DNA of 64,000 nt, taken from Lama glama (taxonomy: Eukaryota). A program made the translations under genes and the position numbers. Below the pieces are notes generated by a model. The model was not told where the DNA came from, ran no database searches, and saw only the letters and a list, made by a program, of their open reading frames with translations. Of this stretch, positions 1 to 13,499 are shown in pieces; within the stretch, counting starts at the first letter, position 1, and each line of letters starts with the position of its first letter. The stretch is taken from contig CM052824.1 of NCBI GenBank assembly GCA_028534125.1, positions 60,760,001 through 60,824,000 on the forward strand. Direction: 5' to 3'.

Positions 1-3000
1 TGACAGTAAATGTGCTGTGTTTGGTGACACAGCTGTCGCAGGACGCTCGTCTTTCAGAGGTCTCTGCCGAGGTGTTTTTTATGGACAGTGTGATGTCTGG
101 GGTTTGGGGCGGGGACAGAGGGGCAGAGGCCGGTCAGAAGAGGGGATGGACCTCGGTGAGGCTTCGCCGTCAATTCTTTGTGCTTCTGTAAATGCTCAGA
201 ATTTTTCATAACAAAAAGTTTCTTAAAAAACCCAAGACACTCATTTCTACAGTCTGGTTTTCACTCCACCCCGAGCTGGAGCCCCGCTCCCAGCACTGCC
301 AGCCCTAGGGGGAGCAGGCTCTGTCTTCGTGAGCCACGCTCGGGAGGGCCGCTCAGTCAGCTGGGGCTGTCGGCCCGTCTCCCCACAGTTGCACACGCAC
401 GGGGGATGAGGAAGCAGCGACCCCCACGGACAAGCCAGGAAGAGACCAATGAGGAACAAGAGCGAGGCCTCAGAGAGACAGACACAGAGAGAGAGATGAC
501 GGACGTGGGGTCTCCCTTCTCTCATCCTGTTGCTGTCCTGGGACCTTGCTGAGGACCAGGGAGGGCCCTCGGCTGCAGACTCACCCCAGGCCACGTGGAC
601 AGTGCTGTCCACCCAGCACGAAGGACTCCCGTTCCCGCCTCAACACCTCACAGCAGCTGGCCAGCTCCTCCTGGCGGCCGTCAGCCACGTGACCACCTTG
701 CCCTAAATCCATTTAGCTTGGACGTGCATTTAGCGAGACCGACATCCACCAGAACAACCAACCACTGCACTCCGTCCACTAGCAGACCGGCAGGGAAGAG
801 CCCCGTTCTGTTAACAGCGAGCCCCGGGCTGGCTCAGGACCGCCTCCCCCTGGCCCAGCTCCTTTCCCTCCGTGTCCGCACGCAGCCTGCAGGCCCTTCT
901 CCGCAGCCAGGGACAAACCAGGGACAAACCAGCTCCCGGTCATCCGCAGGCACAGAGCGCCGCCTCCTTTCTGAGTGTAAACAGCGCTGGGCCAGTGAGA
1001 AGGGGCAGCGTGACCACGACACCCAAGTGCACGTGCACCTCTGAAGCCACGTGGCGGGAAAGCCCTCGGTGCACAGGAGACTGGCACCGGGATGGCACCT
1101 TCCCACGAACGCGGGGTCTTCAGCGTCCTCGCCGAAATGGTGCCATGAGGTCGGCACACACACTGAGGCTGCTGCCGATTAATGGGAATAAACCAGAGCT
1201 CAGTCTGGGCGAGGCTGGCCATCCTCGACTGAGGAAGTAACTGGACGCATCTGACCATGAACGGGGGCTGTGGGTGGAGCGTGAACACCTCTAACCCCAA
1301 AGGCTACTCCCCTACTCGGAAGATGGTGCCTGCGCACCTGCCCACGCCCGCCTGTCCACGAGAGATCCACCGTCCAGTTCTCCCTTTCCTGGTCCTCCCA
1401 GGTCCTGCCAATCTTTTCCCAGCACTGGACTCCTGCCCCTTTTCCCTGACCCTCTGCTGCCACTGTCTGGCCTTGTGGGCAGCAGTGGGCTCCCCAGGCC
1501 TGCTGACCCCACCCCAGCCCGTCCAGCACAGAAGGACCTCCGTCCACACTGGCACCACATGGCTCCTACCTCACAACGGCTGCAGGACAGGCCCCAGCTT
1601 CCCTCTCCTCCCCCGCATCTCCAGCCTCACCGGGACCCTCAGCGTCTGAGCTCCATCCACAGCAGGCCCAGGTGTGCCTCACCCCCTCCCCGCTGGGACA
1701 GGCCCCTCCCTCTCCCTCCTCTCCACTTACATGGCTCGATGCGCCCGCAGGCTCACCTGTCTGCACCCTCTCCCCTCTGAAGCACAAACTCCATGCGGAC
1801 AGGTGGTACCATCCTGGCCCTTCAACCAGACACAGTCACCACGGGGCCATGCACACAGGAGGCCCTGAGGAGCAGGCAGTCCGTGATCATTAAGTCCACC
1901 ATCTTTTCCTGCTGCTCCGGGTAAGTGCCCAGCATCCCCCGGCCGCCGTGCCCAGCCTCACGGCTCTGCGGGGCCCTGAGCCCAGGTTTTAGCCACAGAG
2001 AACGTACCCACGTGACCCCAGTTCAGCTGTTGGGCTGCTGACCGCATTCAAGCCTCCCCTTTCCCCCATATCTTGGGGAGCTGATGAGAAAAAGCCCAGA
2101 TGCCACCTCCTTTGGTGCCAAGGGAGGTTCACACCCTGACACCCGGCCCAGCTCACCGGCTTCACCCCAGTCCCACCACTAAAACCCAAGCTGCCTCCCT
2201 GAGTCCTTTGGGACCGGCTCGCGAGCCCACCCTGCTCTCCCCCAAGAGCCTCACGACGTGAACAAGGAACAGCCCAGATTACGAGGTGGGGGAGATGCCA
2301 GGAGCGCAGACACCGGGAGGCACTGGGCACCCCTGGCCGGGAGCAGGCAGTGTCACCCCTGGTCCCTGCCCGCACAGCCCCTAATTTAGCCTCCTCCTAG
2401 ACGGTGCATTCCTCGAGGGCAGGAGCTGTACCCACATCTGTCCTCACCGCAGTCTCGATGGACAAACAGCGCTGACTTTTAAGCACCAACACCTCCCCGT
2501 CTGAGGGCCCCAAGGGAGCAGTGGGTTCCCGCAGAGGGAGAGGCTTCCCTGAGAAAACGACTCCTTCAGTTGTCGTGATGTTAAAGACTCGTCGGGGTGG
2601 CGTCAGTCGCCGTGAGGGCTGGGGCGGTGGGTTCACAGCGCACGGGGGCGGGCTGGGGCAGGCCTGTGGGCATCCCCTCTCCATCTGCCAGCAGCACGCA
2701 CCCCCCTTCCTTTGAGAGAAGTGTTGCCCCCCCCAGACAGAGAGGCCTCCTTAGAGGAAACCAGTAAAAGCAGCAGTGGGGCTGGGCCGGCTCGGCCGCG
2801 CCTTTGCTTCCCGACCATTTGCGGGGAGGGGGCTGCGTTTTCAGATGTCTTCTCTGCAAAGTTGTAATAAAGAGAAAAAAACACAGCAGTTTCTAGGAAC
2901 CTAGAAGCAAACAAAAGCCCACATCAGACCTTAAGGAAAAGAACATAAATTCAAACAAATCCTGGGGCAGAGCAGGGGGAGTGGGTGGGGAAGACCCACT

Positions 3001-4509
3001 TGGGGACCACCCACCTCCTGGCCCGTCGCCCTCCTGACCTGGGGGCCCAACCCAGAAGGACGCCCCTGCACCCCCAGGCGGCTCGGCTGTGCGAGGTCAA
3101 GAGGAAAAGGGGAGGAGTGGGAGAAAGCTGGACTGGTGCTCCAAACCCCCATCCACAGTCTTCCCTCATGAAGAGGGTCCCACGGGAGGGACGTGAACCC
3201 TGTGCGGGACTTCCCTGAGTCCCGTCGGCAGGCTGACCCTGCTGCGTGCTGCGACGTGTCTGGGACACGCGCGTCTCTGCCTGTGTCAGTGCTGTGTCTA
3301 CTCTGTGCCTACTGCGTATCTATTAAGAATCGGCTCCGCGTCCCTTACTACCTGGGACGCGTCCGCCACATGTCTGCTCTGTCCCCTCTGCCTCTGATGG
3401 GTATCAGATGCTGGTCCAGACTGAGGATCCACTGGGAGGCAGGCTCTGACATCTCCACTTCCCAGGCCGGCCGGCGGGGCTCATGAAACAGCGGCACGGT
3501 GAGGACTCCAGGTCAGCTCGGTATTTCCAAAGCCCGCCGGAGCCTTGAACTCCAGGTAACAGAGCAGCAGACACGGGGTGGGGGGACACAGTGGGTAGGG
3601 AAACACGGGCTCACGCAGAGGTCCCTGGGCCCGCTGGGGCCTGTGTCTGTGCACAGCTGCCTCCCAGGGCTGCTCGGGGCGCGGGGTTAGGGGGGACAAG
3701 CAATTGGGCAGCTGTGAGCCCTGCTGGGGAGGACAGTGCAGAGCATGGAGCAGGCGGCACCAGGTGCTGGGCCTCACACCGGCTCCGCAAGGCCACCACT
3801 CCCAGGGTCAGGGAGCCCTGTCCTAGGTCCTGCAGCCACTGGTGACACAGGCCACGCTCGACCGAGGTCATCTGACTCGTGGTCTCAACAGCTGAGCCAG
3901 AAGGAATGAATGAATGAGGAACGAACAAATGAATGAAACACACAAGCTGAAGGGAGAACAAGGAAATAGGAAACGAGCCTCAGGCCCCCCCCCGCCCCCC
4001 TAGTGGTCCCCACGGCCTCACGGCCAGGGCAAAGGAGAGCAGGGGACCCAGGGCCACCCTGGGGGGGGGGGCGCCCACTGGCCTCCCTCTGGTTACTGGA
4101 CTCATCTGGTGTGTTTTTTTCAGATTTCTCAGATCATGTTTGAGAGTCAACAGAGCTCTAGTAATTAAACACACAAAAGGGGCCCACTTCTCCTTGAGAT
4201 GAAGGCTTTCGAGAGGTTTTAAGAATTTGCTGGAGGTGGGGAGGAAGCCCCGAGATCTCACAGCTAAATTCTGACGCAGGGTTTATGTGCTGCTGTCAGA
4301 GCCCTCTACGACGGAGAATCTTTTCATGTCTTTTTACCAAAAAAGTAACTATTTCCTCAGTGTCTTACTCTTCAGAAAGTCAGACCCAAGGAAGTCAGGG
4401 AAGTGCCGGGAGCCCAGGGCCTCCAGGAGGCGGCCGGCATCACGGGGGCGGCCTCTCGCCGCGCCCCCACCCCCACTGCCCAGGAGCGTTGCGAAGATTA
4501 CCCACCAAT

Positions 4510-6595
4510 AAGGCACATCTCGGGGACGCTGTGGGTTTGGTTCTAGCAAGTATAAAGCAAATGTTGCCATGAAGTGAGTCACACACACGTCTGGATTCCC
4601 AGGGCCCATGAAAGGCACGTGCACGCTCGCCCGCAGTCCACCCCCTGCGCCGCAGCTCGGTGTCTGGAGCCCGAGCGCACGCCTCGCTGGCGGGAAGCAT
4701 GGCCAGCAGCAGGCCGTCCCGTCTTGCCGCCGCAGGGCCTTCCCCGACGCGGGCCCTGCGCTCGTGGCTGCAGGCTGGGGCAGTTTCTTCACGCAAGACC
4801 ACAGCGACGCCCATCACGAACACTGGCTCTCCCTTTCCTGAGTCACTGCTCAAGCAGGCGACGCTGTTTGATTGCATTGTAGTCACAGCAGAACTTCCTT
4901 CAAAATCGGAGTCAGTCCTCTCAAACCTGCCGCCGTTTTATCAACTAAGTCTATGGAACATTCTACATCTTTGCTGTGATTCCAACACCTTTCACAGCAC
5001 CTTCCCCAGGCGTGGCCTCCCCCTTGGGAAACCGCTTCCCTTGCTCATCCAGAAGCACCTCCTCCCCCTGCAAGTCCCCCCGAGGCTGCAGCGACTCAGA
5101 CCCACCTCCAGGCTCCAAGTCTCAATCTCGTCCCCTTGCTGTTCCCACCACATCTGCAACAACTTCCTCCTCCGAAGCCTTGAGTCCCTCAAAGTCATCC
5201 ATGACGGCTGGAATCGACTTCCTCCAAACTCCTGGGGCTGTGGATGCTCTGAGCTTTCCCCGTGAATCATGCCTGCTCCTTGTGGCACCTAGAGTGGAAA
5301 ACCTTCCAGAAAGGACTCACCGACGACCTTGCCCAGGCCATCAGAGGAGTGTCCATGGCAGCTGCAGCCTCACGAAATGCATTTCTTAAACAGTAAGGCC
5401 TGAAACTCCCTGATCCCTGGGCTGCAGAAGGGACGCTGTGTCAGGAGGCACGGGAACAACGTGAAAGCCTGTCTGTCACCGAGAGCTCTGGGGGCCGGGG
5501 GCCTTGTCGACGGGCAGGAATATTTCAAAAGGGATCTTTTTTCTTTTTGGAGCAGGTGGTCTCGACTGTGGGCTAAGACACTCAGTAAGCCGCGTGGCAA
5601 ACAGGTGCGGCCGTCCAGGCCTTGCTGTCCACGTGCAGAGCCCAGGTGGAGGAGACCTAGCATCATTCGGAAGGGCCCGGGGTTTTCAGACGGTCAGTGA
5701 GCACCGGCTTCCGCTCCAAGTCGTCAGCTGCTCGAGCCCCTAACAGAGAGCCAGCCTGTCCCGTGACACTGTGAAGCCAGGCGCGACTCCTCTCCAGCCG
5801 TGAGAGTCCAAGAGGGCATCTTCCTCCAACATAAGGCTGTTTCGTCTACACTGAAAAACCGCTGTTCAGTGGGGCCACCCTCACGCACGACCTGAGCGGG
5901 ATCTCCTGGGGAACCAGCTGCAGCTCCCACGTCGGCACCTGCTGCCCCACCCGCACCGCGACGCTGCGAGGACGGCTTCTCTCCCTCGACCTCATGAACC
6001 AGCCTCCGCCGGCTGCAGGCTCTCCTTCTGCAGCTTCCTCGACCCTCTCAGCTCCTCAGAACCGAAGGGGCCAGGGTCTTGCTCTGCACGAGGTTTTGGC
6101 TTCAGGGAAGGTTGTGACTCGTTTCACCCTCTGGCCAACCATGAAGCTTTCCTCTGTATCAGCAGTAATGCTGTTTCGCTTCCTTATCGTTTGAGGGTTC
6201 ACTAGAACAGTACTTTCAATTTCCTTCAAGAACTTTTCCTTCGCAGTCACAGCTCGGCGCAGCTTTCAGCCTGTCTTGACTTTCAGACCACCTCTAGCTT
6301 TTGATTTAAGGTGAGAGACATGTGACTCTTCCTTCCACCTGACCACCTAGCTGTAGGGATATTAACTGGCCCAATTTCAACCTTGTTGTGTCTGGGAAGA
6401 GGCAGGCCCGAGGGAGGGAGGGAGACGGGGAAGGGCTGGTGGGTGGAGCAGTCAGAACACAGAGTTACGAAGTCCACCATCCTAGATGGGCGTGGTGCGT
6501 GTCGGCCTCGAAGAATTACAGCAGTAACATCCCAGATCACTGCTCGCACAATGCGGCATGATGAAGTCTGAAATGCTGGGAGAATCACCCCCTGA
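4510..6595 (-). mobile_element. Tigger1 DNA transposon (TcMar-Tigger), near full length and decayed
   Basis: Transposase remnants KSHMSLTLNQKLEV, AKEKFLKEIES...IRKRNS and FSVDETALCWRKMPS (DDE region, DET motif). TIR-like aggcacatctcgggga after a TA at ~4510. Confidence 0.9.
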
Positions 6596-9500
6596 GCCTC
6601 CCGACAGTGTCGGACAAGGTCGTCCACAGAGGGGACGGACGTGGTGTTCAGACCTGTGGGCAGAGCCCTCGGTGTAGACCCCAGGCCTCGGAGACCAGGG
6701 AGGCGACCGGCCGGGAAAGCGCGGCTCGCGCGCCGGGCTGGGGACGGAGGGGACGACCTGACTGACAGCTGGTGACCTGGGCGAACGGGGTGAGGGGGTG
6801 AGGGGGTGACGAGCGAGATGCACCAGCACGAGAGCTGCTGGCTCCGTGGGCCCCTTGGAAACTGCAGGCAGCTCCCCTGACAGACGTGTTTTCCATGTGG
6901 CAGATTTTGAAGTAATTTTAGCAGAACGGCCTCTACCACTGCAAAATGAAATTAACCAAGGGGAGGACTGCCGTGGGAGCGGACGCCCAGCCCGGGGCTG
7001 AGCTCGGAGCCTCCGTGGCCCCTGGGCGGGATCACCGGCGGGGAAGACCCTGGAGACACCACTCCCTGACGGGGACTGGCTGCGGCTCGCTGCTTCCTGG
7101 TGCAGGTCCTGAGCTGTCTTTTCCCACATAAAACATCCCTGTGTCACGTTCGTCACTTTGAAAATGCGTTTCAAGGTTTTTCCGCTCCTTGCAAGTAATC
7201 CGATTTAGCTGGACGTGGACAACTGACGTTCAACTTAATTGGAACAGCAAATGGGTCAGACCCAGGATTCAGTTCGGTGAACGAACGCCTTACAGGCTCA
7301 CAACATGCACGACAACTAACGGATGGCCAGAGACGCACTCGCGGCCCCTCACCTCCCCTTCGCCTCTCCAGGAGGGTCCTCTGACCGGCCACAGTCCCCA
7401 CCCCCGGGGCCTCTGCACACGATGCACCCCCACCAGAGGGACACCTCCCTCCGCCCGCTCCTTCCACGGCCAGGCCCCCGTGTCCTCTGAGCCTCCCCCG
7501 AGGGGACGCCCTCCGCAGGCCCCCTGGGCCCCGGCATGGGCCACGCCCTCCCCACGTGGTGGTCCTGTCTTGGCGCCACTTACATCAGGTACAACTTGGA
7601 ACTTTGAATTATCCGTCTGTCTCTGCGTGTCTGCTCACCAACAAGGCGAGACTGGGAGTGTGTCCTCCAGGTCACAGGCTCTCCCAGCATCGGCCCAGCC
7701 CTGGCATCCAGGGCCCATGTCCATATTCGGGGAGGGAGGAGGTGGGGATGGCAGGACCCAGGAAGGAAACCAGGAGGCCACGCTGAGGCCCATCATAGCG
7801 ACACAGCAGCTCTGTCGCAGGCTACGTGAGCTAGAATTCCACGACTCAGCGCCCTGGCTCCTGGGGTGGAGGTGTCACCGCCCGCCCTGTGATGAGAGGG
7901 TGGAGGAGCTTCCGGGGTGCGTGGAGCCGCGTGGCTCCAGGAGCAGACGTCCCGGGGGAGCCCGGAGGCACAACGGGTGGGTCACACAGAGGCAGAGCTG
8001 CACGAGGTTCAAAGCAGCAGGAGCCTGATTACTCGGGTGATGGGCGCGACCACGTGGCCTGCGGATACGCGGGCACAGCTGCGGGTTCCACCCCGGCTCA
8101 GGCTCCGCACAGACGGCGGAGACCAAGCACTGACTCAGCGGGAGGCCAACCAGAAGCTTCAAGGGCGCGCGCGGGGGTTCTGCAGCTGAACTCGGGCTGC
8201 GGCCCCTGCGCCCACCCAGTAAGCCGACCAGCCTCAAGCTCCTGCCTCCCGGGGCGCTCCCTTCACGAGAAACAAGAACGGCCTGAAGATGAGGCCCACA
8301 GGGCTGCGCTCCAGCGAGAAGCTGCAGGCCCCTCAGGCCCCCTTCCTCGGGGGCCAGCTCCGGGGGCGGGTGGCGCAGGCACCCACCACGCCTCCTGCAT
8401 CCCACCCCCACCCCCACCCCAGTTTGTTCCAGGCTTCCCCTAAGTCCCCAAGGGAAGCCCAGAGGACCCGGGGCCCCTTGGAGCGCAAGGTGACACAGCC
8501 TTTCACACGCAGGCGGTCGAGAGTCCCCACAAACCCGAGAGGCAGGAGCCTCAGCCCCTCCCAGGATGAATGAGAGCTGGAGCCCCTGCAGGTAGGTTCG
8601 CCCTCCAAGGCCACCAGCCCCTGAGAGGGCGGGGCAGCCGGGACCTCCCCCGGGACCCACCTGTCAGCCTCCCCCTCTGCAGCAGCCCCGGGGTGCCCGG
8701 GGGGGTCCCAGTCCACCCCAGGGCCAGGGGCCAAGGCTGGTCAGGGTGCCACACCCCTTCCACACCGAAGGGTGAAGGCGGGCCCAGGAGCTGGGCGGAG
8801 GAAGGGCCAGTCAGGGCAGAGCTCAGGACCTTGGGCAAAACGGAGGAGGAGGAAGCTGCTCTCCCCCTGGAGGAGAGCAGGACTGGGAACAGCAGGAGGG
8901 CGGCGCCCACAGACCCAGGTCGGCCCCTCCCTGCTCCACGGGGAGGAACAGGCCCCTCCCCTGGGGGGGTCTACTGCTCCTTGTCTGGGCTCTGAAGCCC
9001 CCTTCCCTGCACACAGCGAGCTGGCTGAAGCTGGGAGTCAGCCTGCTGCCCCGAGCCCCCCCGGGGCACACCGGTACCTGGAGGTGAGCGAGGGTGCTGC
9101 CCAGCGACGTCAAAGGCTGGGCCCCGGGCCACGCAGCTCGGACTAGAGCCAGGTTTCTCCCAGCTCTCTCCAAAGACAGCCTGGGGTGGAGCGGTGACAG
9201 CAAAGGAGAACGCCAACATCGTGTGTGCGACAGAGGGTCCCATGGATGGTGGCTGCACCGATGTGACAAACTGGGAGGCCACCCAAGGGAATGGGGACAA
9301 AGGGGTGTCCGGTAGGAGATGCGGCCCTCCAAGCCACCCTGGTCGACGAGCACATGGACCTCGGCACCCGGCCCAGACACTGAGTGCCCTGCTGGCACCA
9401 GACACTCATGTCCCCGCCCGGGATTACCTGGGGCAGGGCACCCTCCCACCACGTCCAGTTGCGCCTGCTGCAGCTCTGAGTACACGCAGGTCTCCAGAAT

Positions 9501-10039
9501 GGGGGCAGCTGCTGCAGGCGGCTCTGTGAGACGCTGGGGGTCCCCAGGGCCTCCCAGCACTGTTTTCACTGCCCACATGCTTGGAAGCCTGGCAAGGACC
9601 AGAGCCCTGGGGCCCTCAGAGGTGTGAGTTTTGGGTGCCCAACACTGACAGCCCCTCCAGACAGGACTCTCTTCTGAAGACAGAGGGGTTAGGACCCCAG
9701 GGTCAGGAGCTGTCCCACGACACTGGGCCACTTCCAGGGAAACCGGCTAGAGGCAGCCCCTCAACCCCCTCACATCAAACACCCAGACCGCACGGTCCTC
9801 CCAGAGAGCCAGGGGCTGGGGTCGCTGCCCAGGCCACAGGGTCCCACGACAGGCAGCGCTGAAAGTCACCACTGACTCACTTCTGCCAGGGCTGCACCTG
9901 GAAGCCCCACGCAGAGAGGGTGGGGTCCTACCCCGAGGCGGTCAGACCTGCCCGGGGGCACTGAGCTCCACACCCCAGAGCGAGGCCAGGTCCACAGGAG
10001 TGTCTGAGAGGAGGTCAGGAGGCAGCAGTGATCAAGTTG

Positions 10040-10190
10040 TTCACCTGTCTACATAGCACCCCACTGTCTACACCTGTCTCCCCTAGTCCACACGGCTTCC
10101 ACACCTGTCCACACTCGCTCACACTGTCCACATCTGTCTCTGCAGCATCCACACCCACCCACACCCGTCTGCATTGTGTCCACACCCAGG
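10040..10190 (+). repeat. Degenerate low-complexity tandem of cac(c/a)tgtc(t/c)a units
   Basis: Repeated cacctgtcta, cactgtcta, cacctgtcca and cactgtcca units. Confidence 0.55.
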
Positions 10191-11394
10191 AGGGAGCAGC
10201 CACCATGAGCTTGGCCAAGGGCCGCCCGCTCCTCCCCACTGGCCAGGGGTCGGGGCTCCAGCAGCAGCCCCTCGCAGGCGGGAGACCCCTGGCAGGCCCT
10301 GCAACTCCCCTTGTGCTTCTGTCACAAATGACCTGCCACGCAGCCCTCCCGCGCACCTGGGGCCGGGCGGGCTGCAGCTGGGTCTCACACTTGGAACTGA
10401 GTGTGGCCAGTGTTTCCCACACGTGTGGGAGGCAAATGAGTGTGACGTCCGTTAGGTTTAAGATCTTGGAGCCCAGTTTTAACGTCTTGGCCGGGACGGG
10501 CCCTCAGAGCCGCCGCCCGGCCCAGCGTCTCTGCCTCCTGAGCTCAGGGGCCTGGGCGCTCAGCCCCGCCCGCCCTCCTCCCCATGGCCCTCCCTGCCCC
10601 GCTCACCTCGAAAACCTAAAAATGATTAAATTTGAAAGCTCTCTTTGTACAAAGACAGACCAGCTAAAACTCATGAATAATTCATGCTTGTTTTGCCCAC
10701 GTCCAGGAACACCCACCGAGGCTCACGTCCCAGACAAACCCTCAGCCTCCAAGCCCACCGGGCCGCGCTGTTTCCTCAAAGCCCCAGAGCTAAGAAAATG
10801 AAGGTGGTTTGCATTCAGCAGCAGGTGCTCCCAGGAAGGACGGGAGCTGGGCCAGGAAGCGGCCACTCAGAGCGCCAGCGCCTCCCAGCCGGGCGCCCCT
10901 GAGGCGGGACACCGGCTGCTGCCCCTTCTCCCAGGCCGAGCCGGTCTCCCCATGGGCCGGGCTGCCCTGCGAGGCTGCCCTGTCACCCTGGCCACGTCCT
11001 GCGGGAGCACGAGAGTCTGGGGGAAGCAGTGAGTCCCGCTCGCCCTGTGGTCACACTGCTGGCAGTGAGGACGGATTAACCCACTTCCTCCTGGGGATGG
11101 AGTAACTCTCACAAGCTGACAAGTACCTTCTGATACAACAGTTCCTCCTCCATACGAGTCTTTTTCCTCCTTAATGAATTATAATACAAAAAGAAGTCTG
11201 ATTAAAGACTGGAAAACATCAAAAGAAAGTAAAAGAGAAAGAAACAGTCGTCCCCTCTTCATGCCGACATCACAGACGCCCGTGGGTCCTCCCCCCGGGG
11301 GGACAAGGCCATCCAGTGCCCCTGACTGCCGCAGTGTCCAGAGGGCTGAGCTCGAGTCGCATGGCCTGGGGGCTGTCGCTAACGACCGACCGGG

Positions 11395-12212
11395 ACAACC
11401 CAGCAACACACAAACAACCCAATTCCCAAACAGGCAAAGGTTTGAACCGACATTTCTCCAGGGAGGGTGGACTGATGGCCGACAGACAAGAGAAGACATC
11501 TCAGCGTCACGGACCGTCAGGGAAACGCGCCAGCACACAGCGAAGGCACCACCGCACACCCCGCAGAACGAGACCAAACACCACCAGCGTCGGCGAGGAC
11601 AGGAGGACACGGCCCCCATGCGCTGCCGGGGCATGTAAGACGGCGCCACTCCGGTGGGCCCTCAAAAACTACAAGTAGAATTGTCACGCGAGCCAGCAAT
11701 TTCACATGCGAGTGTGTTCCCAAAAGAGCCGAGAGCAGGGCCAGGAGAGACACTTGCACAGCCACGTTCACAGCAGCCTCACTCACGAGGGCCAAGCGTG
11801 GACGCTGCCCCGGGCCCGCCAGCGGTGATCGGGTGTGGGGAACGTGTTATGTCCGCGCTCCTTCAAAAGCGGGGAAATTCTGACACAGGCGCCCCGCAGA
11901 AGAGCCATGAGGACATCATGCCGAGCGAAGTAAGCCAGCCCCGAAGGACGCAGTGTGCGACCCCACCCCTGTGAGGACCGGGAGGATTCAAAGTCCTACC
12001 AAGGCAAAGCGGGAGGGCGGGGCCCATGGCTGGCGGGCGGGCAGTGTGTTTCACGGGGACAGAGCCTGAGTCTGGGAAGATGAGAAGGCTCTGCAGACGG
12101 CGGGGGGCGGCTGCACGGCACCGTGAGCGTGCGCTAGCTGCGGAGCTGTGCGCTTAGAAACGGTTAAGACGGTAAGGTTCACGTTACGTGTATTTTCCCA
12201 AGACTTAAAAAA
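11395..12212 (+). mobile_element. LINE-1 3' fragment (L1MB-like), strongly GC-shifted
   Basis: ORF2 C-terminal and 3' UTR landmarks: caaaggtttgaaccgacatttctcca, cttagaaacggttaagacggtaag...gtattttccca, A-rich end. Confidence 0.8.
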
Positions 12213-12899
12213 CCAGCAAAACCCAGTGATGGGCTGGATTCGGCTAGTGGGCCAGTTCTGTCTCTCCTATTAACGTGCCCCCGCAGGAGGGCACACTCGG
12301 CAGTCTTCAGGAACGGCATTCACAACGTGGATTCAACAATCTGCTCGGAGCATAACGTCAAGGAAAAGCAGCCTCTGCAAGGTGTGCAGAAGCCAAGCCA
12401 CCGAGGCGAGCACGCCAGGCAGGCCCGTCCCAGACACCTCGGCCGGGGGCGGGGCCCGGTCACGCCACGCCCAAGCGAGCCACACGCCGGGAACAGGCAA
12501 CGGGGCGTGGAGCTCCCCTCCTGCACGTGCAAGGCCTCCCGGGAGAAGCATCGGGGTCTCTTCAAGGCCGTCTGAGCACAGGACTCTGCCCAGTGACCAG
12601 AGCCTCTGCCTGGAAGGTTCCAGGACGGGGGAGTGGCTGCAGGTGAGGACGTCACAGCCAGATCGTGTCCCCCGGGCTGCACGATGGCCCCTGTGGGGGG
12701 GTGCTGGGCTCGGGGCCCCGCACACGGAGCTCAGACCACACCCAGGTCAGCGGGGCCCCTGTGCTCAGTCACGCGCCGCCAACCACAAATGTGCAGGCAG
12801 TTTCTGCTTCCTGACTCAGAGAGGACACCTGCCACGAAGCCTGCAGGCCTCCCAGGACATGAACCTGTGGGGACCCTGTGGCTGAACCTCTGGGGGTCC

Positions 12900-13260
12900 C
12901 GTTCAGGGCCGAACTGTGTCCCCCCACGTCCACGTGTTGCAGTGCTGACCCCGCACCTCAGAGCGGGCCCTTATTTGGAGACAGGGTCGTTGCAGATGTT
13001 TTAGATCGCAGGGAATCAGGTCACAGGGTGGCCCCTGGTCCAAAATGACTGATGGTTTCATAAAAAGGTGGGGGGATTCAGGCCCAGACACGTGGGGGAG
13101 CACACGTGTGAGCATGAAGACCCGTCTCCAAGCCCAGGAGGGGCCGGGGACCGACCCTCCTCTGCCTCAGAAGGAGCCAGCCCTGCCCACACGGGGGTCT
13201 CCAGGCTCGTGCTGGTTCAGCCGCCCCGTCTGCGGACACTATGCAGACCCTGCCAGCGCG
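12900..13260 (+). mobile_element. MaLR LTR (MLT1-like)
   Basis: gaactgtgtccccc...ttatttggagacagggtcgttgcagatg...ccctggtccaaaatgactgatg...gaaggagccagccctgcccacac. Confidence 0.75.
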
Positions 13261-13499
13261 AGAGGCCGCAGGACCAGAGGCAGACAAGCCCCCGATCCCG
13301 GACGTCTACACCACCAACCCACGTCCTCACATTCACATCCTCATTCCAGCATCATACAGAGCACAGCCCCCCGGGCGCCTGTCCTGGTCACCAGGTCACC
13401 TTGTGCCCTCTGAGGCCCGTCCACCCGGTCCCTGCTCCTTGGAAACACACCGCCTGGACCCTCTGCACCCTCCCGGCGCCTGCAGACTGGAGACTGCTC

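Noticed and set aside
5724-6340. A domesticated TIGD-type transposase gene
   Set aside because: The transposase frame is broken by frameshifts, deletions and stops; it is a fossil Tigger1.
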